From Mytilus trossulus (Eukaryota): a DNA stretch of 64,000 nt. This document shows positions 15,235 to 26,703 of the stretch, piece after piece (positions within the stretch are counted from its first letter, which is position 1; every line of letters begins with the position of its first letter). Below the pieces are notes generated by a model. The model did not search any database. It saw nothing but the letters and a program-made list of their open reading frames with translations, and was not told the DNA's origin. The DNA is taken from assembly GCF_036588685.1 (NCBI RefSeq), contig NC_086381.1, positions 56,978,001 to 57,042,000 of the forward strand, in the 5' to 3' direction. A program made the translations under genes and the position numbers.

Positions 15235-15543
15235 AAACTGCAAAATAAACGTATTGTGTTGCAATGTGACAATTCATCTTCAGTCAGTCTACTGAATACA
15301 GGTAGATGTCGTGATAAAATCATGCTTAGCATAGCAAGAAACATTTGGTTAAGTTGTGCGCAATATAACATTCAAATCAAAGCTATACATATTCAAGGAA
15401 TAAATAATCGAGCAGCAGATATTTTGTCGCGTTGGACATCAATTGAAAACCCTTATGCAAAACTGTCAACTGCTTTAGATGACAATTGTATGTTAGATAT
15501 TGAAGTGCTGGACAAATTATTTAAGTTAGACTTTTCAATTTAA
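15235..15543 (+). pseudogene. C-terminal RNase H fragment of DIRS/Ngaro pol
   Basis: CDN...HIQGINNRAADILSRW motifs; N-terminal part missing at the junction. Confidence 0.8.
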
Positions 15544-15549
15544 TTTCAG

Positions 15550-16547
15550 AAACCAGATCAGACGAATGGCTATCACTTCGTCGGAAAGCAAGAACAGTTT
15601 TAAAAGCAGCCTTCAGACCGGGAACTTTTAAAAATTTGAGGACACAGCTAAATACATACCTTTTGTTTTGTGAAAATTTTTGTAGATCAGCATTTCCTGT
15701 TGATCAAGAGACACTCTGCGGATATGTGTGTTTTTTGTCAGATAACTTTAAGAATAGTGGATCCGTTAGAAATTACTTATCAGGTGTTAAAACGTGGGCC
15801 ATTCTGTTAAATTTTGATACTGAGGAGTTTAATTCACCGTCGCTCAGGCTAACCTTGTCAGGTATTGACAAGCTTAATACTAATATTCCAAATATAAAAT
15901 TACCATTTGAACCATATCATTTGAACCGCATGTTTGAAGTCCTAGATATGACAAGTGTACAGGATGCTGTGATGTGGGCTGTTATTATGATGAGCTTTTA
16001 TGCTATGCTCAGAAAATCACAATTCGCTAACAATTCAAGGACAACGTTTAACCCTAAGGAGCAGTTAACCAGAGGTGATATTCAAATTACTGAGGAAGGA
16101 TTAATTATCGATATACAGTGGTCAAAAACTAGTCAAAAAAATAAAAATATTCACCAGATTCCTCTTAAAAGAGTCGAGGATTGTACTCTATGCCCGGTAC
16201 TGGCTTATTCTAGAATGGTAACAATGTTGCCTGCACTACCAGGAGAACCCGCTTTTGGTCTAAGTGATAGTAAGGGAAAGATTTGTGCCTTTTCAAAGTC
16301 AGACATAGACAAAAAAATTCTTCACAAACTCTTAGTGCGTTGCGGAATAGACACTTCACAATACTCTTTTCACAGCTTGCGTAGAGGCGGTGCAACTTGT
16401 GCATCAGCTGCTGGATGCTCAGACTCAGAAATTTGTACAATAGGCAATTGGACTTCCTCTTGCTACAAGGGCTACATCAAACACTCTACTGACAAACTTT
16501 ATTACATTTCAAGCAAGATGGGACTTTTTTGCAAACTTTCCAACTGA
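15550..16547 (+). CDS. Tyrosine recombinase of the DIRS/Ngaro element (uninterrupted frame, no N-terminal ATG)
   Basis: MLRKSQ (R), SKTSQ (K), HSLRRGG (HxxR), GNW, YKGY (Y); frame extends upstream of the track start (which is TTG) to an acceptor-like tttcag at 15549. Confidence 0.85.
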
Positions 16548-17896
16548 TAAACATCCATGATAAATTTTATTTTGGCCTTCCTTCTGATTTCTGTGCTTGG
16601 CATTGCGTTGCCTTGGTAATTGTGGTGTTCATTTTTTATATGACAATTGGAGAAATAACATTGTTTCTTTATGCGTGTTTGCATATTTATATTTTGTATG
16701 CGTATTTGCATTTGATTTATTAAACACCACCTTTGAATGCCAGCACAGGCTTCAGTTTTATATAGCCTTTCTGATAGTACAGTTCAAATTGGTTAAAAAT
16801 GGCTAGTCATTTTGTTTAATTTGTTCGGGGCGTACTCCATGTTTTAGATTCACCAATATAGCTCTTTCTTAAAAGAGATATGTTTATCACATCAATTATC
16901 GATCCAATTTGGAAACCACGTTTTTATCCCTCCCGCCCACCCTATCAGAATTATTGTCCTATTTCATATGCATTATGTTAAAAAAAAAAATTCTCGACAT
17001 GTCTTAGCTTGCAACTTTAGTGAAATGTTGTTTGCAATATTTTTTTTTTGTATTATTTTTTGTTGTATAAATTTAAAATTATTTTACCTTTATAGGTAAT
17101 TGTGGTGTTCATTTTTTATATGACAATTGGTGAAATAACATTGTTTCTTTATGCGTGTTTGCATATTTATATTTTGTATGCGTATTTGCATTTGATTTAT
17201 TAAACACCACCTTTGAATGCCAGCACAGACTTCAGTTTTATATAGCCTTTCTGATAGTACAGTTCAAATTCATCACAATGGGTCCTACTTAAACGCGCCC
17301 GGGTTAAAAAAAAGCGACCGGGAAAAAGAAAAAGCGTCAGGGGGGAGAAAAAACGCCCGGGAAGAGAAAAGGCACCTGGGGAATATATAAAGAAATTGTA
17401 TTTGCATGAGACAACTTTATGTCGATGAAATAAGTTATGCACATTGATTTATTTTTAGATTTTAGACAAGCAGCAGTGAATTAACTTTTCTTAATGACAG
17501 GCATGTTGAAACCTTTCCTCGATCTTCCAATTTCAATTCATGCAAACATGTTTAATAAAATACAAAACTTTGAAGAGTTGACACCATGCAGTTGCGAGTA
17601 TTAGACCTCGGGCACTGATTTTTTTTAATATCGAAAAATACCTTTTTTGATCGAGGACAATATCAATCATGATTTTTTCTATTTCCTCTTGTTTATATTT
17701 ACGGCTTACTTACTTATATACAATTTTGAAATCTAAAATGTAAAAGTGCAACAACACTTTAGACAAAACAAGCAATGATTTTTTTTTTTTTATTCAGGAA
17801 AACAATTTTTGTTATAAAATATTCTTATTTTCTTCTCACGGGCGCTTAATTTTCTTTCCCGGGCGCTATTTCTTTTCTCCGGGCGCTTTTTCTTAA

Positions 17897-19582
17897 TGCC
17901 CGCGTCACACTGTCCCGATTTCGATTTTTATATACGATGGATACCCGAATGCGAAAATTGAAAGTTCGTACGAAGTTGGTCCCGATCTCGTTAAAATACC
18001 AAAAAGTGACCGAAGCAAGTACGATGAATAACGAAGTCTATACGATGGTGCCGAAATTATATACGATAGCAAAAGATGGACATACGAAGGTTAACCGAAG
18101 ACGGGTGTTTAAGCTTCATATCTCAGCCGAAGCCTACACGATGGATCACGAAGGCTACACGATGGATTACGATGATGTCGCGATGGCCATACGATGTCTA
18201 AAAGACGTCGTGTACAGCTTACGATGCATTTAAATTATATGCCGACTTGTTTTTTCTCCTTGAAATAGCATAATACACAGGAAATTGGTTGCTCATTTTT
18301 TTACCTGCTGGTTCTAAAGACAATATTAACGGTATTTCCAGCTACTGAATGTTTTGATTGATTTCTAAAAAAATAGTTTATATATCAAATATGCATATTC
18401 AATTTACCATGTTCTGCATGTATTATATACAAATATAGTGTCCATATTTGTCCTCAATATGTTACATACGAGGGGATGCCACGCTCGGCACTGCCTTGTT
18501 TGAACTTTAAAATGTGTGCACTAGTCTGAATAATCGCCCATAATTATGTCCATGTTTACTGGTCTATCTTAAAGGTAAGGCAATGGGTTCGTTGATCCCT
18601 TTTATTAAAAAAGAGCTCTTTCCAGAAGAATATCATAATAATATAGACAAAAGGAAGGATGTCGGGAAAGCAAAAATGCGGCAGAATATGACATATAGAA
18701 AACAAAATGGTTATGGAGTAAACATTCGTGTGACAACAACTCAGACGATACATAAAAAATCAGAATAATGAAGAAAAAGTTGGTTGCCCTATATACGTGT
18801 ACCTGCAGTGTTGGTGTACGAGGCGCGTTGATGATTTTCATTTATATGTTACTTGATATGAAAAATTGACAACAAATAATATTTTACTTGTAAAAGTAAA
18901 TCCTGAGCCTGTAATAGCTGCTCTTCTTGTTCCATTTGAATTAATAGAAACAACGCTGTCGCCTTTCTTGTTCTCATAGAATCATATGATATTAGCTCCA
19001 TGTTTTGGGAACGTCTTTCTTAATTGTCGTATTAGACTGACCAGTGCATATCGCGCATGGCACTTTAAATGTGTTTTAGCGCGAAAATTAACTTTCATTT
19101 AGCTAGATTTATTGCCGTCGTAGTTCCATCTTGTCACCTTCGTACTTTTATTCGATGGCAACACGATGGGATTTCGAGGTCTTCACGAAGTCGTGTTGCC
19201 ATCGTAAGACCTTTGGGTAGCTTCGTGATACATTCGTGTAGACATCGTAATGTCAAAACTGCCCGATGGATACGATGGAACACGAAAGTAATACGATGTT
19301 CAAAGATGCATTCCCGGTGACATTACGATGTTGAGGATGGTGATACGACCTCAATACGAACCCTCAACATCGGACGCACCTTCGGGGATTTTTTAAAATG
19401 TTAACAAATTTAGAACCCTTCCCGAAGTTGTCCCCGAAGGCTAGAAAAAGTGGCCGATGGTACTACGATGGTTAAAGATGGCACTACGAATAGCGTGATC
19501 GGGATACGATCAGTACCGATTTTGAAAATTTCCATAATCGTGTTGACATCGGCGTAAAAATCGGGACAGTGTGACGCGGGCA
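17897..19582. mobile_element. Non-autonomous PIF/Harbinger-type DNA transposon
   Basis: TIR tgcccgcgtcacactgtcccgattt / aaatcgggacagtgtgacgcgggca; TAA on both flanks; many subterminal tacga(t/a) motifs. Confidence 0.8.
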
Positions 19583-19760
19583 TAAACTAATTTCAACCAG
19601 AAATCAATGTTTGATTTGTGCTGTTTATGCACACCCAAATTCACACTTGATTATTGATTGGTGGAAATAAACATTCCGTTTAAGTTTCATAACATTTGGA
19701 TGAGGCAAACTTAAATTACATAATGCATATGGTAATCAATTTTGGGGCAACGTGTATGTA

Positions 19761-21286
19761 TAGTGAGCCGAAAAAGTTTAGCAATACTTTTTTTTTCATT
19801 TTTTTTTTTTCGTTTCAACATTATTTTTTTTTAGATATCATTGATATAATCTTCAGTTTTACCTGTAATTTTAAACAATCGTCCTTTTTTCCAGTTGATT
19901 GATTTCGCGCCATTTAAGCTTTGCACGTGAAATCGTTGTTTTACCTTTTTTACCTGCACCTTTAACACGAAATTTAAAATTTATTTTTCACTGACGTTCA
20001 GTAACACATCATTTGTCAGAAAAACACACGTAAGTTTTACAAACATTGCATGGGGCGTCGACCAGGCCTCCCCGAAAATTACCGCCACAGAGCTATTGTG
20101 ATGGTTGATGCCGGAATGAGTGTTGCCGACCTAGCGGCTCAATTTCACGTGCATAGGGCAACAGTTTGGCGACTAATAAACAAATTTCGACAAACTGGAA
20201 CTTCAAAGGATAGACCGCGATCTGGTGGACCCAAAAACCCAACACCAAGGGAGGAGCGCTACCTTAGATTAACGTCAACACGTGACAAGTTTATTCCGGC
20301 CACCCGAGTAGTCCATAGACTCAGGGCAGCTACTGGAGTACGTGTTTCGGCTCAGACGGTTAGAAATCGCCTTCACAGACTAGGGATACATGCACGAAGA
20401 CCACATCAAGGAATGGAGCTAACACCTAACCATCAACATCAAAGGCTAGTCTGGACAATCCGCCATTTACGCTGGCTTAACAGGGACTGGAGAAGAACAG
20501 TGATGTTTACAGATGAATCCTGCTTTACATTGAAGTTCGCCGATGGTCGCATACGGGTATGGCGTCGTAGCAATGAACGATACCATGCAAGCACTGTGAT
20601 GCAGAAGGATCGGTTCGGTGGTGGCAGTTTGATGGTTTGGGGAGGAATTCATTATGGTGGTAAAACAAATTTAGTGATCGTTCGTGGGATATTGAATGCC
20701 AGGAGATATTTTGATAACATCTTGACACCTGTTGTTCTCCCCTTCTTTGCCCAGCGTAATCATAATGGAATCCATTTTCTACATGACAATGCAAGACCAC
20801 ATACTGCTCGCCTGACGATGAATATGTTCCAAACGAACAACATTAACGTTCTTGATTGGCCAAGTCGATCCCCAGACCTCAATCCAATCGACCATGTTTG
20901 GGATCTGTTGAACCGACGCATTTGCGAAAATCACGGTGATTTCCAAAATTTACAAGAACTTGAAAATACACTAATTATAGTGGGATGAAATTCCACAACG
21001 ACAAATTCGAAAGATACCTAATGGAATGCGAAAACGATGCCAATCCGTCATCGATGCACGGGGAGCATGGACAAGATATTGACTTTTGATAACTTTTTAC
21101 CCATTTACCCATTTTGAACCTTCTGCGCTCCATCCCGAGAAATTCTTACTGAATTTGAGTGATAAACATTCATGGTGCTTCTGACTTCAATTAATTTAAT
21201 TCTATTTTCATTAAAATCATATTTTGTTAAGTTTTTGTTATCAAATACAATTTCATAATTGTGTTGCTAAATTTTTTGGCTTAGTA
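19761..21286 (+). mobile_element. Tc1-family DNA transposon
   Basis: Imperfect TIRs tagtgagccgaaaaagtttagcaa / ttgctaaattttttggcttagta, TA flanks, internal transposase. Confidence 0.9.
20050..21082 (+). pseudogene. Tc1-like transposase with a frameshift near 20980
   Basis: Paired HTH N-terminus, FTDES / DNARPH / SPDLNPID; the C-terminus WDEIPQRQIRK...GAWTRY* continues in another frame. Confidence 0.88.
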
Positions 21287-21929
21287 TACATACAGACGGA
21301 CAAGGATGGAACTTAACACCTCTTCAGATTTATTTTGTTGAAATTTTTTTTAAATAATTCTCGTAATACTAAATTAAATTAAGGGATGACGTGCATAAAT
21401 TTTATGTATACCCTTTCCCGCTTTAATTTTCACTCTAGTAAAGGTGCAGCGTAATCGAGAGCATATTGATTGGCATGAATACTTAACAGATGAGGCTGTT
21501 ACGATAACAAAACACAAACAGTCATTCAACCTTAGGTCACCGAAATACAAGGAAAGCTACGTCAGAGTATTTTATCTGTCCATGCGTATATTAATCAGGA
21601 AAAAAGTTGTGATCGAGTCTTGTTCTTGTCTAACTTGGAAATTAATTAAACATATATTTTTTTTTCGTTTACAAAAGGTAAAGAATTTGTTTATATATAT
21701 AACATGTATAATTTTTATATATACTTGTATATATACAAGTAAAGTGTAAATAATATATATACATTATAGATATGTAAACAAGATTTAAGTAGCAACATAC
21801 AACGACATAAAGTAATCAGATGCTAAATGTATACATAACAACGAGCTGCATCAATTATTTGACGGTACTATTTATCATATTCAAGCTAATTTAAAACAGT
21901 CAGGTTACAGAATTATCTATTGAAACTAA

Positions 21930-23357
21930 TTTTTATACGACCGCAAAAATTGAAATTTTTTTGGTCGTATATTGGTATCACGTTGGCGTCGTCGTCTGCG
22001 TCGTCGTCGTCGTCGTCGTCCGAATACTTTTAGTTTTCGCACTGTAACTTTAGTAAAAGTGAATAGAAATCTATGAAATTTTAACACAAGGTTTATGACC
22101 ACAAAAGGAAGGTTGGGAGTTAAGGTCCGAACATTTTAGGAATTAGGGGCCAAAAGTGCCATAAATAAGCATTTTCTTGGTTTTCGCACTATAACTTATT
22201 AAGTTAATAGAAATCTATGAAATTTTGACATAAGGTTTATGACCACAAAAGGAAGGTTGGGATTGATTTTGGGAGTTTTGGTTCCAACAGTTTAGGAATT
22301 AGGGGCCCAAAAAGGGCACAAATAAGCATTATTCTTGGTTTTCACCAAATAACTTTAGTTTAAGTAAATAGAAATCAATGAACTTTTGACATAAGGTTTA
22401 TGACCACAAAAATAAGGTTGGGATTGATTTTGGGAGTTTTGGTTCCAACAGTTTAGGAATTAGGGGCCCAAAAAGGGCACAAATAAGCATTATTCTTGGT
22501 TTTCACCAAATAACTTTGGTTTAAGTAAATAGAAATCAATGAAATTTAAACATAAGGTTTATGACCACAAAAGGAAGGTTGGGATTGATTTTGGGAGTTT
22601 TGGTTCCAACAGTTTAGGAATTAGGGGCCCAAAAAGGGCACAAATAAGCATTATTCTTGGTTTTCACCAAATAACTTTGGTTTAAGTAAATAGAAATCAA
22701 TGAAATTTAAACATAAGGTTTATGACCACAAAAGGAAGGTTGGGATTGATTTTGGGAGTTTTGGTTCCAACAGTTTAGGAATTAGGGGCCCAAACAGGGC
22801 ACAAATAAGCATTATTCTTGGTTTTCACCAAATAACTTTGGTTTAAGTAAATAGAAATCAATGAAATTTAAACATAAGGTTTATGACCACAAAAGGAAGG
22901 TTGGGATTGATTTTGGGAGTTGAGGTCCGAACAGTTTAGGAATTAGGGGCCAAAAAGGGGCCCAAATAAACATTTTTCTTGGTTTTCGCACCATAACTTT
23001 AGTATAAGTAAATAGAAATCTATGAAATTTAAACAAAAGGTTTGTGACTATAAAAAGAAGGTTTGGATTGATTTTGGGAGTTTTGGTCCCAACAGTTTAG
23101 GAAAAAGAGGCCCAAAGGGTCCAAGTTAAATTTTGTTTGATTTCATAAAAAATTGAATAATTGGGGTTCTTTGATATGCCGAATCTAACTTTGTATGTAG
23201 ATTTTTAATTGTTGGTCCCGTTTTCAAATTGGTCTACATTAAAGTCCAAAGGGTCCAAAATTCAACTAAGTTTGATTTTAACAAAAATTGAATTCTTGGG
23301 CTTCTTTGACATGCTGAATCTGTCGTATAAAGCTGCGCCCTGTGGAGCATCTGGTTC
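21930..23357 (+). mobile_element. Helentron/HINE-like element with ~7 units of a 161-bp internal satellite
   Basis: Subterminal inverted tttatacgac / gtcgtataaa, (GTC)n microsatellite, unit marker aaggtttatgaccac at 22088, 22232, 22393, 22554, 22715, 22876 and a diverged one at 23037. Confidence 0.8.
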
Positions 23358-24049
23358 AGGTTTTGATTAGTGGTCTTAAATATTTTCATTGTTTACAGAA
23401 ATTTTGACAGTTTTTACATATAATCATAGAAATAAAGTTTGTATTGATTATCTTAACTACAATACTAAATTCGGTCGAATCGTCATGTTTGAAAACACAC
23501 AGAAAGACAAGCAAATTCAAAACTCAATTAAAAAAGTATGCCGAGTCATATCTTTTTTAAGAACTCTTTCACTCCGAGGCGGATTTAAGGGAGGGGGCAT
23601 CACCCCCACCTTCGTAAGTTGCTTCGTATACTGTTGCATCATCCACACTTTTTACCTATTCAAATCCAAAGTTTTTCTAGGTAGGTGAAACGCCCCTCCC
23701 CTCTTTTCAAATCCTGGATATAAGTTACGGCTTTAATTATCTATTTGGTGAATATACGAACTAGTCGCATTGATTTGTTGTAACGATAAATTCTGATATA
23801 TAATGAGAATATAGCTCTGCCAAAACTAAAAAAAGCCGCAACAATCAGTGTAGAGGTCCTCATTGTTCCTTTTAATGGCATGTGAGAGGGTATTTTTCTA
23901 CTGCAGTCTAGCATACTCGCCTTTACCAATGACAAATGAAGTACTTGTACATGTAGGACCCAATGTGCCGTAAATAATTTGCTTTCAAATTTGCATGAAC
24001 ATGAAATATTTACCACGTAAAATAAACAACAATAAATCATCAATCACAT

Positions 24050-24390
24050 TACTAATTCGGATAAGAAAATTAAGGTTTACTCTAGTTTTTTATACTAAGG
24101 CAGCTTGATATACATATTTGTTTGGTAACTTTAATTCGGAAAAGGAAATCATAAAAACTTCTCCTTGTACAATTTGTTTTTCTTCTTATCCGAATTTGGA
24201 TAACGATGAAGACGACTTTATATTGAATATAGATATACTAGTACTTATCCGAATTTGGATAAGGATCTTCACATTGCATACTTAACTCTGTGCGTCATGT
24301 ATTCTTCTTATCCGAATTTGGATAAGGATCTTCACATTGCAAACTTAACTCTGTGCGTCATGTATTCTTCTTACCCGAATTTGGATAAGA
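24050..24390. repeat. 63-bp tandem units containing the near-palindrome ttatccgaatttggataa
   Basis: Motif at ~24186, 24246, 24308, 24371; inverted half-copies at ~24055 and 24134. Confidence 0.65.
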
Positions 24391-24514
24391 ACAGTTAGGA
24401 TTCCTTGATTATGTGTATTATGCGTTAAACAGAAATAGGTTTAAATACAGTATTGTATTGAGTTCGTCTAAAAAAAAGTGTTGCCTTCCAACTTCTTATT
24501 TCAGAAATCTCGCT

Positions 24515-25530
24515 TACTGTGGATTCATTTTTATTCGTGGTATACCAATTTTCGTGGGTTTCGTGGGTCACAGCGAACCATGAATTTAAGAATTCAACGA
24601 AGAATAATCCCGATAAATGTGTATGTGTTCATTATCACTGAACTAGTTTATATTTGTTTAGGGGCCAGCTGAAGGACGCCTCCGGGTGCTGGAATTTCTC
24701 GCTACATTGAAGACCTGTTGGTGACCTTCTGCTGTTTTTTTTTTATTTGGTCGGGTTGTTGTCTCTTTGACACATTCCCCATTTCCATTCTCAATTTTAT
24801 GGAGTCGGATGTTCATTTTCTGTTATGTTTTGCAGTTCTCGTAAAGTGGTGACTAGCTATAAACATTGTAACATAACATGTGTTTTTTTATTTAAAGAAG
24901 ATACACGTATTTTAATTAAATCAATAATAAATATATCAAATATCAGTGATAATTTACTTATTTAAAATTGATGAAAACTTCATGGAAAATAACTGCAAGT
25001 TGTTAATTACCCTGTCATTGTTTGGTTTACTAGTGATTGAAAATCAATGGGATTAAGTACGGGGATATTGCCGGTAGGTAATATTGTTTATGACAGGAAC
25101 ATTTATTTTCACACCTTTTACTTATATGACTGTTTATTATATCGTGATTACAGAAATGAGCTTCCAATCATAAAGTTTTGATTGCATTATAGAATTTCGA
25201 CAAGCATTTATGAATTGTAAAACAAACAAATAATTAGTTGCCTTTGGCCATTATTGTAATAGAAGTTTTTAATGAACACTTTAACCTAAAATGCCCAAGG
25301 GAGGATTTTGACAATTCAAAACTTTTTCAATGAATTCCTTCTTTTTTGTTTGTTTTATTATTGATCAAACCAAAGGTTATATGATCTCCTAAATCAAAAA
25401 GAAATCCACAAATTACATATCAGATTTTTTTTTTGTAATCAGCGATCAACGAATTTACGTATACCACGAAACGTCTTTTTTTCTCTATCCACGAAAATTG
25501 ATACCCACGAAAACAAATGAATCCACAGTA
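24515..25530. mobile_element. MITE with tactgtggattca termini, carrying a nested repeat (24628-24799)
   Basis: tactgtggattcatt...tcgtgg / ccacga...aatgaatccacagta; nested repeat recurs at 41089-41260. Confidence 0.55.
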
Positions 25531-25643
25531 TCCGAAACACCCATTGACTTGAGCATATGGAAATGCTCAAAAGCAATTGGAAGCTGGTTAATACTAATAG
25601 GTTAATGTTACAATAATTGGATTTCAGCAGACACAACTGTACA

Positions 25644-25778
25644 TACTGTGGATTCATTATATTTCGTTGGATACCAATTTCCATAGATTTCAATTGTTTA
25701 CCGAAATGCACGTTTTCTATAGGCTTTGTATGCAGATATCGAAAATGTATACCCACGAAATTAAATGAATCCACAGTA
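25644..25778. mobile_element. Short MITE of the same family
   Basis: tactgtggattcatt ... aatgaatccacagta. Confidence 0.6.
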
Positions 25779-26703
25779 CATGTATACAGCACTAAAAAGA
25801 TAAATTAAACATAGAAACTAATTTAACAAATTTACTAACAGTAAAGTGTTCGTAGTGAATTAACAAATACGCAGATAAAACAGTTTTTTGTAGATGAGAG
25901 TACATACCATATATAGGTTGCACTCTCTAGATAACATACATATTACGTTTAATATAATTGCAAGTGTGAAAAGAAACCCTCAATTGTCAGAATTGCACAA
26001 CCGGCAACAACTTCCAGCAGGAACGCTTACAGTAAAATAAGGATAGCAGGATGCATCTCAATACTGAGAAGCATCAATATTAAAATGACCAAAAGAAACA
26101 TGTTTGATTGAACATGTTGAAGACAAATTCAAAACTTTCTACAGATAAAAGAAAAATACACAGCTTAGATTCTAGAACCTATAACTAAAGACCAATTTGT
26201 ATTATTTGTGAAATTTACATTGTTTTTGGTAAATCTTATAAATCAGTCTATTAGTGTATTAGTTTGAATTGTTAACATTTTCATGTCGGGGCCTTTGTTG
26301 GCAACATGTACCGTATTAAAGTATTAGGTCGTTGACGTACATGCAGATCGAACGTACATAGATAAAGAAAGGCAACAGTAGGATACCGCTGTTCAACATT
26401 CGTAAATCTATGGACAAAAAACAAAATCGGGGTAACAATCTAAAACTGAGGGAAACGCATTACATACAAGAGGAGAACAACGACATTAACATCTTAAATA
26501 GACTATTTAAGATGTTAATAGATGTTTGAACAGCTTCTGAATTATAGAATACATTGTAAACACATTGCATGAACATTGCTAATACCTCATAGTGGACAAA
26601 TATTAAGGTGGATAAAAAACTGAACATTGACAAATATTTTGTTTAATTCTTTAAACTTTTGATATGATAATAAGATCATATAAATAATATCTATATCATT
26701 GCA

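Larger units (their letters stand above)
15235..17270 (+). mobile_element. 5'-truncated tyrosine-recombinase retrotransposon (DIRS order, Ngaro/PAT-like split-repeat 3' end)
   Basis: RNase H C-terminus, then YR ORF, then 176-bp direct repeats at 16615-16790 and 17095-17270. Confidence 0.85.
15056..17449 (+). repeat. 179-bp direct repeat pair (15056-15234 and 17271-17449) flanking the YR element
   Basis: catcacaatgggtcc...gttatgcacattgatt in both copies, two mismatches seen. Confidence 0.9.

Noticed and set aside
15636-16547. Phage or bacterial integrase (contamination or horizontal transfer)
   Set aside because: Directly follows a DIRS-type RNase H and precedes split repeats, in eukaryotic repeat context
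14967-17442. Duplicated minus-strand ORFs 14967-15371 and 17200-17442
   Set aside because: Low-complexity translation of the 179-bp duplication
24180-24390. CRISPR-like repeat-spacer array
   Set aside because: Spacers repeat each other, no cas genes, eukaryotic context
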